A stretch of 64,000 bases of DNA from positions 11,143 through 75,142 of the forward strand of contig CAZDZV010000006.1 of assembly GCA_964510025.1 (NCBI GenBank), read 5' to 3'. The DNA comes from an uncultured Methanosarcinales archaeon (GTDB lineage Archaea > Nanobdellota > Nanobdellia > Woesearchaeales > DATDXC01). Below the pieces are notes generated by a model. That model had not been told where the DNA came from, did no database searches, and saw only the letters and a program-made list of their open reading frames with translations. Shown piece by piece: positions 36,964 through 46,608 of the stretch. Within the stretch, counting starts at the first letter, position 1. Every line of letters starts with the position of its first letter. The position numbers and the translations under genes were made by a program.

Positions 36964-38053
36964 TAAATTAAGAGTTCTCTTGATAGGCAATTATGCTGCC
37001 AATAATCAAAAAAGCATGCAAAGATTTGCCACTATGATGAAAAAAGGGCTGGAAAAAAGAGGGCATTATGCTATTTTAGCTATACCTACAGCGATTTTTG
37101 GAAAATTTTTTGCAGATACCAATAAGGGGCTCGGTAAATGGCTAGCATATATTGATAAGTTTATTGTTTATCCCTTCTATTTGATCAGACAAGCGAAAAA
37201 ATTCGACCTTGTGCATATTTGCGACCATGGTAATTCCATCTACTCGTTATTTACCGGAAGAACGCCGTGTGTGGTTACCTGCCACGACACAATGGCTATC
37301 AGATGCGCTTTAGGAAAGATAAAAGAAAATAAGCTTCATTTAACTGGAAGAATATTCCAGAAGCTGATAGCCTTCGGCATAAAAAAATCTGACTATGTCG
37401 TATGCATATCAAAAAAAACCAAATCGGATCTGCTAAAAATACTACGTATAGACAGGATTAGCTTGGTTTATAATGGACAGGTGTTTAAGCCGATGCCAAA
37501 AAAAGTATCAAAAAGATATCTCAGGAAGCTTAAAGTCAATATCCCTTACTTTCTGCATGTAGGCAATAACAATTGGTATAAGAACCGGATCGGCGTTTTA
37601 AAGATATTTAGCGATCTAGAACTGCCAGGTTACGGCTTGGTGATGGTGGGCGCTTCTTTTTCAAGGGGCATGAAGGATTTTGTAGCTAAACATAATTTAC
37701 CTGTAAGAGAAATCACATCAGCTGACGATAATGAGCTGGGGGCATTGTATTCTAATGCTGAAGCGCTGATATTTCCGTCTCTGGAAGAAGGTTTTGGTTG
37801 GCCTATAATTGAGGCCCAGGCATGCGGATGTCCTGTCTTCACCACTGACAGAAATCCGATGAAAGAGGTTGCAGGAGATGGCGCTATATATTTTCAGAAT
37901 CCCGAGAGCCACAGACAATGTGCGGATATTATTATCAATAATTTGGCGAAAGCAAGGAATAAAATAAAAAAAGGTTTAGAAAACGCTGCAAGTTTCAAAC
38001 CGAGTTACATGATAGATGGTTATATCAAAATCTACAAGTCATTGAAAAAATGA
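36884..38053 (+). CDS. Family 4 (GT-B) glycosyltransferase; start uncertain
   Basis: KLRVLLIGNY N-terminal beta1 strand and EGFGWPIIEAQACGCPVFTTD. The ORF-track ATG at 36884 overlaps the ABC gene by 80 nt. A TTG/TTA start near 36968-36982 or ATG 37016 is possible. Confidence 0.65.
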   Translation: MKKENPRNCLEKKADSINIGRSRSLNNKLRVLLIGNYAANNQKSMQRFATMMKKGLEKRGHYAILAIPTAIFGKFFADTNKGLGKWLAYIDKFIVYPFYLIRQAKKFDLVHICDHGNSIYSLFTGRTPCVVTCHDTMAIRCALGKIKENKLHLTGRIFQKLIAFGIKKSDYVVCISKKTKSDLLKILRIDRISLVYNGQVFKPMPKKVSKRYLRKLKVNIPYFLHVGNNNWYKNRIGVLKIFSDLELPGYGLVMVGASFSRGMKDFVAKHNLPVREITSADDNELGALYSNAEALIFPSLEEGFGWPIIEAQACGCPVFTTDRNPMKEVAGDGAIYFQNPESHRQCADIIINNLAKARNKIKKGLENAASFKPSYMIDGYIKIYKSLKK

Positions 38054-38170
38054 GGATTCTTTACATTGTCTAAATGAAGGATATAATAGCTCAAGCTACA
38101 ACAAGATGAAACTAAGTACGATACAAATTAAAGAAAGGATTGTAGGTTTGTTCAGTTTAGTAGGAACAAG

Positions 38171-38935
38171 ATGTTAATCAACATGCTAAAAAAGAGTGAA
38201 TATGTGCGAAAAAAATACCATGGCATAAAAGATTTTTTTTATGGCCTTAAATACTTTTCAGGAACTAAAAAAGGTCTAAAATACTTTATAGTTGTATGTC
38301 AAGCAAGGACAGGCAGTACATTATTGATGGACTTATTAGGTTCACACCCGAATATTAAAGTAGACCATCACAGCTTTTTTAAGATAGATAATTTGAAGCA
38401 TAAAATAACCCAGCAAAAAGCAAATACGCGTAAATTCTGCAGGGGATTCAAGTTTAGGTTGTACGATGATGGAAAGGAATATGATTTTAGCAAAATGTAT
38501 CAATTCTTTTGCTCTCTGGATAATGCAGATATTAAGATGATCCACCTAATCAGAAAAAACCAGCTAAGACAGTCCCTTTCCGCAGAAGTGGTAGACTATT
38601 ACAAGAAAATTGGATTGACAAGGCTTCATTCAAAAGATAAGAATCCTGAGATACCGAAAATAAAGGTAGATATCCAAAAGACGCTAAATCGGATTAATTA
38701 TTCAAGAAAGTTGCTAAAGGCAGAGAATGATCTGCTCAAGCATTTCCGCCATCATACAGTTAATTATGAAAAAGATCTTTTGCATTCAACCGACCATCAA
38801 AAAACATCAGACAAGATATTTGCATTTTTGGGCCTCCCCTCTGCTAAGGTCAGTTCAGATTATCGAAAGACAAGTATTGACAACCCATCAGAATATATTG
38901 ATAATTTTAATCAATTGAGGTTGCACTACGAATGA
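38171..38935 (+). CDS. Stf0-type sulfotransferase-like protein
   Basis: VVCQARTGSTLLMDLLGSHPNI (P-loop-like RxGSTxL) and IHLIRKNQLRQSLS resemble Stf0-family PAPS-binding blocks. Confidence 0.5.
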   Translation: MLINMLKKSEYVRKKYHGIKDFFYGLKYFSGTKKGLKYFIVVCQARTGSTLLMDLLGSHPNIKVDHHSFFKIDNLKHKITQQKANTRKFCRGFKFRLYDDGKEYDFSKMYQFFCSLDNADIKMIHLIRKNQLRQSLSAEVVDYYKKIGLTRLHSKDKNPEIPKIKVDIQKTLNRINYSRKLLKAENDLLKHFRHHTVNYEKDLLHSTDHQKTSDKIFAFLGLPSAKVSSDYRKTSIDNPSEYIDNFNQLRLHYE

Positions 38936-40059
38936 AAGTCCTGGAAGTGATATCATCACTGAATCCTAGAACAGGCGGCACTGCTGAATCCCTAAAGCAA
39001 CTGGAAAAGATACTGTCCAGCAAGCATACTATAGAAATACTCTGTCTTGATAAACCAAAATCTCCATGGCTAAGGGATTTCAAAAGCAAGATATATGCCT
39101 TGGGTCCAGCAATCACCAGATATGCATTTTCTAAAAGGCTTCTAGGTTGGCTAAGAAAGAATGCAGTCAGCTATGATTGCATTATAGTCAATGGCATATG
39201 GCAATATGTGGGTTTTGCTGTATGGCTCATCCTAAAAAATTCCGAAACACCGTATTTTATCTATGCACATGGAATGCTGGATCCTTGGTTTAAAAAAAAC
39301 TATCTTATCAAGCATTTAAAGAAGTCAATTTATTGGCCTATCCAATACAGAATACTAAAAGACGCAGAAGCGGTTGTTTTTAACTGCAAGGAAGAAGCCC
39401 GGTTAGCCTCAAAATCATTCTGGCCAAATAGATGGAATTCAAAAATAATTAGTCATGGCATCTTTAAGCCGCCTGTCAACAAATCTCATCTTGTTGCCGG
39501 CTTTTTGGACAGATACAAAATACCTAGAAACCAGAATTTAATCCTCTTTTTGGGACGCATACACGAAAAAAAAGGCATTGATAACCTGGTGAAATCATTC
39601 GCAGAACTTAGCTCCGATTACCGCTTAATCATTGCCGGTCCTGAGTCAGCCTACGGCAATAGGATGAAAAGGCTTGCAAAAAAACTCGGTATCAGCCACA
39701 AAATTACATGGACAGGGATGCTCGAAAACGACCTAAAATGGGGTGCTTTCTATGCATCAGATGCATTTATTCTTCCTTCTCATCAAGAAAACTTTGGGAT
39801 TGCAGTAGTAGAAGCTTTGGCATGTGGATTGCCTGTCTTGATTTCAGATAAGGTGAATATATGGAAGAAGATTTATGATTTCAGTGCGGGTTTTGTTGAG
39901 AATGATAGCCTTGAAGGAACTTCAAAATTGTTGAAAAGATGGCATCTAGCTAGTGAAGAGAAAAAGAAAAAGATGGCTAAGTCAGCGAAAATTTGTTTTG
40001 AGTCTAACTTTGATATAAACAAGAATATCAGCCAGTTGATTAGGCTTGTCAGTAAATGA
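38932..40059 (+). CDS. Family 4 (GT-B) glycosyltransferase
   Basis: ENFGIAVVEALACGLPVLISD. Confidence 0.7.
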   Translation: MKVLEVISSLNPRTGGTAESLKQLEKILSSKHTIEILCLDKPKSPWLRDFKSKIYALGPAITRYAFSKRLLGWLRKNAVSYDCIIVNGIWQYVGFAVWLILKNSETPYFIYAHGMLDPWFKKNYLIKHLKKSIYWPIQYRILKDAEAVVFNCKEEARLASKSFWPNRWNSKIISHGIFKPPVNKSHLVAGFLDRYKIPRNQNLILFLGRIHEKKGIDNLVKSFAELSSDYRLIIAGPESAYGNRMKRLAKKLGISHKITWTGMLENDLKWGAFYASDAFILPSHQENFGIAVVEALACGLPVLISDKVNIWKKIYDFSAGFVENDSLEGTSKLLKRWHLASEEKKKKMAKSAKICFESNFDINKNISQLIRLVSK

Positions 40060-41021
40060 ATGTGAAAAAAGACATCTCAATAGTCATCCCGACATATAAC
40101 GGCTCAAGGTACCTGCCCGAAGTGTTAAACGCTTTGAGGAATCAGGAAGGCCTAAAGGAGATATCCTGGGAGGTTATTGTCGTAGATAATAACAGCACAG
40201 ACACTACGCCGAAGATCGTCGAAGAATTTCAGAAAAAATGGGATATGGACAATAAATTAAGGTATCTTGTTGAAAAAAGACAAGGCGCAGCGTATGCGAG
40301 GGAAACTGGTGTAAGAAATGCAAAAAGCAAGATTATTGGGTTTCTTGATGATGATAATATTCCTGAGAAGAACTGGATCCTGGAAGCTTATAGATTTGGG
40401 TCTGAACATCATGAAGCAGGAGCATGGGGGAGTAGGATCAAAGCAAGATATGAAAAAATGCCGCCTGAAAATTTCGATAGCATAAAGATGTATTTTGCGA
40501 TTATGGAAAAAGGGGAAAATGCTTATTGTTCTGAAGCTAAAAAATTTGTCTTGCCCCCTAGTGCTGGTCTTGTGGTAAGAAAAGATATATGGCCCGCATC
40601 ACCTTTATTGCTAACTGGAAGAACAAAGGAAACATGGCTAGCTGGTGAAGATATAGAGCTATTAGTTAGAATACAGAATAAAGGCTATGGAATATGGTAC
40701 AATCCAAGGATGGAAATTACACATATAATACCTGCTGCAAGGCTTGAGCCAGAATATGCCATTAACTTGATGAAAGGGATTGGATTATGCAAATACATAA
40801 CCAGGATGTTGAGACAATATGTATTGGCTAGACCTGTGGCCATAGTGGGATATTGTATTTCAGATTTTTTAAAGATGATGAAATTTATGCTCAGGTTCCG
40901 AGCCAAAATAATAAAAGATGCTCTGCTGAAGGCTGAATTTTTTTTATATCTGTACAGTTTTTATAGCCCTTTTTATTTTTTATTTAGATACCCAAAAAAG
41001 TTTTTTCTGATAGGAAAATGA
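40056..41021 (+). CDS. Family 2 glycosyltransferase
   Basis: ISIVIPTYNGSRYLPEVLNALRNQE ... WEVIVVDNNSTDTT ... LDDDNIP. Confidence 0.75.
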   Translation: MNVKKDISIVIPTYNGSRYLPEVLNALRNQEGLKEISWEVIVVDNNSTDTTPKIVEEFQKKWDMDNKLRYLVEKRQGAAYARETGVRNAKSKIIGFLDDDNIPEKNWILEAYRFGSEHHEAGAWGSRIKARYEKMPPENFDSIKMYFAIMEKGENAYCSEAKKFVLPPSAGLVVRKDIWPASPLLLTGRTKETWLAGEDIELLVRIQNKGYGIWYNPRMEITHIIPAARLEPEYAINLMKGIGLCKYITRMLRQYVLARPVAIVGYCISDFLKMMKFMLRFRAKIIKDALLKAEFFLYLYSFYSPFYFLFRYPKKFFLIGK

Positions 41022-41833
41022 CAAAAATTAAAGATGCTGTTGATAAAGCATATATCATTTGTCATAGCTCATCCACTGAAGAATTATCCAAGAGTTTAAC
41101 AAAGAACAATTTAGATGTAGAAGAATTAAGACAAAAACCTAAAAAAAGTTGGAATAAATATTCAAACATATACAAATGCTTGCTTAATCACGAAAGGGCA
41201 TGGAAAAAAGCACTGAACAATGAATTTACATTGATAGTTGAAGAGGATTTTGTACCTGTTAGTAATTTTGGAGACTTTTCTTTACCATTTGATCCAAAAA
41301 AGGATTTTGGAATCTGCTGGATTTATTACTGCGGACCAAGGATTTATAGTGCTTCAGACACAGGCTATATAGAAGGTGGTGCAACTTCCCTAGTTGCATA
41401 TATAATAAACAAAAAAAGCGCAGCGCTTCTAATCGAATTTGCCAAAAAAATGAAAAAAACTATGAAGGGAAAGTATTATCCATTTGATTCAGATATAGAC
41501 GGTTATTTTATAAAGAAAGGATTGAAAAACTATATCGCTTTCAGAAACTATGGCGAGCATGGCGGGCTTCCGAATCCTGAACACAGGCAGAATAAAACAG
41601 GAAACCAAGGTATACACAGGGCTGATGTGTTGGCCGGAAAACTTGATTTTATGCCCCTTTATTCCAAGCACAATATCATTATATATATCGTTGTAAGGAT
41701 AAAGGCAAGAATCAAGGGACTAGTACGTTTATTCAGCGGAAGATATTTAAGGCCAAAGATCTTCTGCTCATCAAGCTTTCCGTTGAGGCTTTTGAAGTGT
41801 GCGATTAAAAGGCATTTGACATGGAACCTATGA
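41018..41833 (+). CDS. GT25-like (LPS-type) glycosyltransferase
   Basis: AYIICHSSST ... HERAWKKALNNEFTLIVEEDFVP parallels GT25 H..AW ... (I/L)EDD blocks. Confidence 0.4.
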   Translation: MTKIKDAVDKAYIICHSSSTEELSKSLTKNNLDVEELRQKPKKSWNKYSNIYKCLLNHERAWKKALNNEFTLIVEEDFVPVSNFGDFSLPFDPKKDFGICWIYYCGPRIYSASDTGYIEGGATSLVAYIINKKSAALLIEFAKKMKKTMKGKYYPFDSDIDGYFIKKGLKNYIAFRNYGEHGGLPNPEHRQNKTGNQGIHRADVLAGKLDFMPLYSKHNIIIYIVVRIKARIKGLVRLFSGRYLRPKIFCSSSFPLRLLKCAIKRHLTWNL

Positions 41834-42384
41834 AAGACTTGCTTAAAGGGACAGTTGCATCTGCCGGCCCAAGTTTTAGCTTGAGCAACAGGTTTAGAAG
41901 AGCTGTCTGGAATCTGGTATATCATGTTATGTTCAGGTTATCTCCGGTGTTTTTTCATGAGTGGCGCTCTATCCTGCTAAGGCTGTTCGGGGCAGAAATC
42001 GGCAAAGGCTGCCACATATACCCAAGAGCAGCAATATGGGCCCCGTGGAACCTTAAAACAGGTGATTTTGTAGGCATAGCCGATGATGTGAAGCTTTATA
42101 ACCAGGCAGAGATAGTCATAGGTGACCTCACAGTAATCTCACAAGGGTCCCATATATGTACCGGCACACATGATTATCAGAAAAAGGCGTTTCCGGTCAT
42201 CATCAAGCCAGTTACCATAGGAAAAAGGGCCTGGATATGCGCTGATGCATTCATACATCCGGGAGTCAGCATCGGCGAAGGGGCAGTTGTCGGAGCTAGA
42301 TCTGTTGTGACTAGAGATATTAAGAAATGGACAGTCTGCGCTGGAAATCCGTGCACTGAGATTAGGAAAAGAAATGTTATATAA
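41821..42384 (+). CDS. Hexapeptide-repeat acetyltransferase (WcaF/LbH family)
   Basis: Left-handed beta-helix repeats IGKGCHIYPRAAIWAPWNLKTGDFVGIADDVKLYN ... IGEGAVVGARSVV. Confidence 0.75.
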   Translation: MEPMKDLLKGTVASAGPSFSLSNRFRRAVWNLVYHVMFRLSPVFFHEWRSILLRLFGAEIGKGCHIYPRAAIWAPWNLKTGDFVGIADDVKLYNQAEIVIGDLTVISQGSHICTGTHDYQKKAFPVIIKPVTIGKRAWICADAFIHPGVSIGEGAVVGARSVVTRDIKKWTVCAGNPCTEIRKRNVI

Positions 42385-43222
42385 TCTTACTATAGTCATT
42401 CTCACATTCAATTCAGCAAGAACAATCAACGAAGTTGTTTCTTCATGCAGGCATTTGTCTGAAAAAATACTGGTTGTGGACTCATACAGCAAGGATGACA
42501 CTGTTAAGATTGCAAGGTCTCTCGGATGCAAAGTCCTGCAGCATACGTTCAAGGATTACTCGACGCAAAGGAACTGGGCGCAGCAGAAAGTAAGAACTCA
42601 ATGGGTTCTGCATCTCGATAGTGATGAGATAATCTCCAAGAAACTGGCTGACAGCATCCAGGCAGCTTTCTCAAAAAAATCAGATAATGACGGCTATCTT
42701 ATGAAAAGGCTTACTTATTTTATGGGCAAGCCAATCAGATTTGGCCACATGAACCCAAACTGGCACCTGAGGCTTTTTAAGGTCAAGACCGGATATTGTG
42801 AGGACAGGTTGTATGACCAGCATTTTATCGCAAAAGGCAATCTCGCAAGATTGGACGGCTACATATTGGATGTTCCCAAAAAATCTGTAGAAGAATGGAT
42901 AGATAATCATAATCGATGGTCGACAGCAGAAGCAGAGGAGCTCTTGTCTGGAAATTCTTTATGCAAGAGCCTGCCTGGGAAACTTAACAAGGATCCCAGA
43001 ATAAGGAAAAGGCTGATAAAGAATAATGTGTATTACAGGCTACCGCCGCTTGTCAGGCCTTTTATCTTCTTTGGTTACAGCTACATCGTGCGGCTGGGCT
43101 TTTTAGATGGACGGGCGGGATTTATATACAGCATACTCCAGTCTTTCTGGTTCCGGTTCCTGGTGGATGTGAAAATTCTAGAAAGGAAAATCTTTATAAA
43201 ATACGCTAGATTCAGGAGATAA
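42374..43222 (+). CDS. Family 2 glycosyltransferase
   Basis: LTIVILTFNSARTINEVVSSCRHLSEKILVVDSYSKDDT ... LDSDE. Confidence 0.7.
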   Translation: MLYNLTIVILTFNSARTINEVVSSCRHLSEKILVVDSYSKDDTVKIARSLGCKVLQHTFKDYSTQRNWAQQKVRTQWVLHLDSDEIISKKLADSIQAAFSKKSDNDGYLMKRLTYFMGKPIRFGHMNPNWHLRLFKVKTGYCEDRLYDQHFIAKGNLARLDGYILDVPKKSVEEWIDNHNRWSTAEAEELLSGNSLCKSLPGKLNKDPRIRKRLIKNNVYYRLPPLVRPFIFFGYSYIVRLGFLDGRAGFIYSILQSFWFRFLVDVKILERKIFIKYARFRR

Positions 43223-43223
43223 G

Positions 43224-44444
43224 ATGAAGTTAGTGGATGATAAAGGGAAAGTCTTGGGAAGGATAAACATATTTGATCTGATGATAGTCATACTGGTTTT
43301 TTTGCTTCTGTTGCAGGGGACTATCCATATAGCTAGGAACTGGACACTTTCCGAGCCTGAACAGGTTCTTGTTAAGATAAAAGGTGAGCTCTGCAATGTT
43401 GATTCCAGCCTGAAAACAAGAGATTGTGGCTCTTCATTGCCAGAATATTTTTACGACAATATCTACATCGGACAGGCTATGAGAAGCAAGGGCGAAATTA
43501 TAGCCAAGGTTGATAAGATAGAAGCCATAGGTGAAACAGAAGCCAAAAAGATTGTTCTCACGCTTGAGGTCAGGGCACAGCTTCAGGACAATGAGCTTAC
43601 CTTTCTGGGCCAAGAGCTGAAGATCAACAGAAGATTTGTATTCGCTACGCCGACGATTAATTTTGGGGTGAATGTCATATATCTTGACAGCAATATCATT
43701 GAGCAGGCAGCCGAGACCATAACCGATGCAACTGCAAACCGGCAAACCAGGATATATGATGGCTGGGATTCTGTCATAGGGGAGTTGTGCACTTTGGATG
43801 AGGCAGATCACGCAAAAGAATGTGGAATAGATATTCCGGACTGGTTTGTCAATCGTATCGAAAATCTGGGGACTATTGAAGATAAGAATGCGATTATCAA
43901 GGTTCAGGAGATAAGGCAGATGATGGTAGACCAGATGACAACTGTCATCATCCTTAACTTAACCACCTATGACAATGAAGCCAAAGAAAAGATGTTTCAG
44001 GGGGTACCTTTGAAGATAAACAATAGGCTGGTTGTAAAAAGTCCCCAAATTAATTTTGGGGTAAAGATATTGAATATCGGGACTGGGCTTCCTGAAGAAT
44101 CCAGGCTTCACGAAAAAACAATAATACTGAAAATAGAAAATCTGGAGCCGGAAATATTCAACAGTATACAGGAAGGCATGACAGAGAAAAACAACAACAA
44201 TGAAGTTATAGCTGAGATAGTTGGCAAGACAGTCCAGCCCCACATTTTGCTGTTGACTACAGAAGATGGCCAGCTGCTGACAGAAGAGCATCCGATAAAC
44301 AAGGATATCACCCTGGAGACCCTTATAAAAGCATCGAAATCCAGGGATTACTATTATAACGGGCAGCTCGTTAAGATCGGAAATCCCCTCACAGTAAAGA
44401 CCGATATTATGGATTTAAATGGAGAGATAATAGCGATATCTTGA
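43224..44444 (+). CDS. Hypothetical N-terminally membrane-anchored protein with internal duplication
   Basis: TM (IFDLMIVILVFLLLL). Repeated LKINRRFVFATPTINFGVNVIYL and LKINNRLVVKSPQINFGVKILNI modules. Confidence 0.3.
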   Translation: MKLVDDKGKVLGRINIFDLMIVILVFLLLLQGTIHIARNWTLSEPEQVLVKIKGELCNVDSSLKTRDCGSSLPEYFYDNIYIGQAMRSKGEIIAKVDKIEAIGETEAKKIVLTLEVRAQLQDNELTFLGQELKINRRFVFATPTINFGVNVIYLDSNIIEQAAETITDATANRQTRIYDGWDSVIGELCTLDEADHAKECGIDIPDWFVNRIENLGTIEDKNAIIKVQEIRQMMVDQMTTVIILNLTTYDNEAKEKMFQGVPLKINNRLVVKSPQINFGVKILNIGTGLPEESRLHEKTIILKIENLEPEIFNSIQEGMTEKNNNNEVIAEIVGKTVQPHILLLTTEDGQLLTEEHPINKDITLETLIKASKSRDYYYNGQLVKIGNPLTVKTDIMDLNGEIIAIS

Positions 44445-45595
44445 TTGAAGTGAATATTCTTACAAGGGATTTCTTCCCAGACTACAGTGCGGTGGCTAAA
44501 AAGATGACCGGGCTAGCAGAGGATCTTACAGCTGCCGGCATAGACGTTCAGGTATACACAGCTAATCCGCAGTATTACTGCAGAGAAAAGCCTGAAAAGC
44601 GCAGAAATATCAGAAGGGTTTTATGCACCTCGTTCGATAAGGATAATCTCTTATTGAGGGCCATTAATGAGGTTAGCTTTGGAATATCAATATTTGCTAT
44701 CTTGCTTTTTTCGAAAAAAAAGATGAATATAATCCCCTCTCTTCCATTTTCGCTTCAGCTCTCTGCTCTCCTTTTAAGGAAAATAAGAAACCAGGATTAC
44801 ATCATAATAAACTATGAGATTATGCCCGAACTTATGTGTTCCTCCGGTCTAATGTCATATGATGGCCCCTTCTTCCGGATGCTCAACAAGATAGCCAAGA
44901 AAGTGCTTGATAACGCCAGGTGCATTATTACTTTAACTGCATCTATGAGCAAAAAGCTGGAAAGCAAGGTCAGAAAAAAGATAGTGACTATCCCGAATTG
45001 GACTGACACAGATGTCTATTACCCCATCAAAAGAAAAGAAAACGAATTCTTGAGAAGAAACAAGCTTTCAGATAGCTTCGTTGTATCATACTCAGGTAAT
45101 TTCGGCAGGTACATGGATTTTGATACTGTACTTAAGGCTGCGGAGCTTTTGCCCCAGATAAGATTTCTTTTTATAGGTAATGGGGCGCAAAAGGGCAGAA
45201 TAACCAAGGCAGACAATATTTTTTATCATGATTATCTGCCAAACTCAAGGATCAATGAATCTCTGAATTCCGGAAATATAGCATTGGTGCTTACAAACCA
45301 GAAAGATGACGATTATGTTATGCCGAGCAAGATCCTTGACCTGATGGCTGCTGGAAGGCCAATAGTTGCTGTATCAAGAAATTCGGAGATTAAAAAGATA
45401 ATTGCCAGGTCAAGGAACGGGTTTGTTGTAAATCCTGGAGAACCAGATAGCCTAAAAAGAGCTATTCTGGCCCTGAAGAACGACAAAAAATTGCAGAAAG
45501 AAATGGGCAAAAACTCAAGGGATTATGCTGCTAGACATTTTTCCAGAAAGAAGATTACCGGGCAGTATGTTGAACTGCTGAAGAAAAATTTATAA
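44441..45595 (+). CDS. Family 4 (GT-B) glycosyltransferase
   Basis: GT-B C-terminal block ILDLMAAGRPIVAVSRNSEIKKII. Coupled to neighbours. Confidence 0.6.
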   Translation: MIEVNILTRDFFPDYSAVAKKMTGLAEDLTAAGIDVQVYTANPQYYCREKPEKRRNIRRVLCTSFDKDNLLLRAINEVSFGISIFAILLFSKKKMNIIPSLPFSLQLSALLLRKIRNQDYIIINYEIMPELMCSSGLMSYDGPFFRMLNKIAKKVLDNARCIITLTASMSKKLESKVRKKIVTIPNWTDTDVYYPIKRKENEFLRRNKLSDSFVVSYSGNFGRYMDFDTVLKAAELLPQIRFLFIGNGAQKGRITKADNIFYHDYLPNSRINESLNSGNIALVLTNQKDDDYVMPSKILDLMAAGRPIVAVSRNSEIKKIIARSRNGFVVNPGEPDSLKRAILALKNDKKLQKEMGKNSRDYAARHFSRKKITGQYVELLKKNL

Positions 45596-45617
45596 ACTAC
45601 CTGCCTAGGCGAAGATT

Positions 45618-46229
45618 ATGGGCATTCTGAAAAGGGTTTTGGATTTTGGGATAGCTGCCATAGCTTTAGCTGTTTCTCTGCCGGTCTTCATCACAATTTC
45701 GGCCCTTATAGTGGCAGATTCAGGCTTCCCTGTTTTTTTTAGTCAGCGGAGGGTAGGCCATAGGCAGAAAAAATTTACCCTGTATAAATTTCGCACAATG
45801 GTTAAAGATGCCGAAAAGATCAAGCACAGGTACAAGAAGCTTGATTATACTGACGGGCCTGTTTTTAAGATTAGAAAAGATCCAAGATACACAAAAATAG
45901 GGCTTTTCCTTGCAAAGACGAGCTTGGATGAGCTACCTCAGCTTTTCAACGTCCTGAAAGGTGACATGTTCATTGTTGGGTTTAGGCCGCCTACACCTGA
46001 AGAGGTAAAAGAGTATAAAGAATGGCAGCTTGAGCGTTTTAAGGGCTATCCTGGGATTACATCTCTTTGGGCCATATCGGGGATGCACAATATAAGGTTT
46101 GATGACTGGATAAAGATGGATATAAAATACAGCAAAAAAGCCAATTTTTTTCTGGATATGAAAATAGTTGCAAAAACAGTCACAAAAATCATAGAAAACA
46201 TATATGCTTCACTTAAACACGGTCTGTAG
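45618..46229 (+). CDS. Bacterial-type monotopic phosphoglycosyltransferase (PglC/WbaP C-terminal, Bac_transf)
   Basis: 203 aa, single N-terminal re-entrant helix. RRVG...FTLYKFRTM, MFIVGFRPPTPEE (VGPRP block) and KPGITSLWAISG match the sugar-transferase superfamily signature. Confidence 0.8.
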   Translation: MGILKRVLDFGIAAIALAVSLPVFITISALIVADSGFPVFFSQRRVGHRQKKFTLYKFRTMVKDAEKIKHRYKKLDYTDGPVFKIRKDPRYTKIGLFLAKTSLDELPQLFNVLKGDMFIVGFRPPTPEEVKEYKEWQLERFKGYPGITSLWAISGMHNIRFDDWIKMDIKYSKKANFFLDMKIVAKTVTKIIENIYASLKHGL

Positions 46230-46571
46230 TTTTCTCGTATATTTTATCGGATCCTTTTCCTTTAGGGTTTTTATTAGCTTGAAATAAGGGATAACCTCTG
46301 ATTCTATTTTTCTGAACAATCTCTCCCCCTTTGCAGTCAGCTTCAGCTCTTTGTTCTCATAGCTGACCAGTTTTTTTTTCTGCAGTATCTCTAGATTCTT
46401 ATATAATGCCCTCTCCTGTTTCTTCGCAATTTTAGCTTTCTTGACAATCTCAATAAAGCTGACCTTGTTAATCGAGACAACAAGGGGCCTGTCCTTTATC
46501 CTTTTATTGGCTTCCTGGAACCATTTGCCCAGTGCGTAAAGGATGTACTTTTGTACCTTGGTCATCTTCAT
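46209..46571 (-). CDS. Small basic winged-helix-like protein
   Basis: KYILYALGKWFQEANKRI ... LEILQKKKLVSYENKELKLTAKGERLF resembles an MarR/PadR-type wHTH. Convergent with the end of the glycan locus. Confidence 0.3.
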   Translation of the reverse strand: MKMTKVQKYILYALGKWFQEANKRIKDRPLVVSINKVSFIEIVKKAKIAKKQERALYKNLEILQKKKLVSYENKELKLTAKGERLFRKIESEVIPYFKLIKTLKEKDPIKYTRKLQTVFK

Positions 46572-46608
46572 ATTTCTTCAATATTGAAACCAAGATATAA
46601 AAATATTG

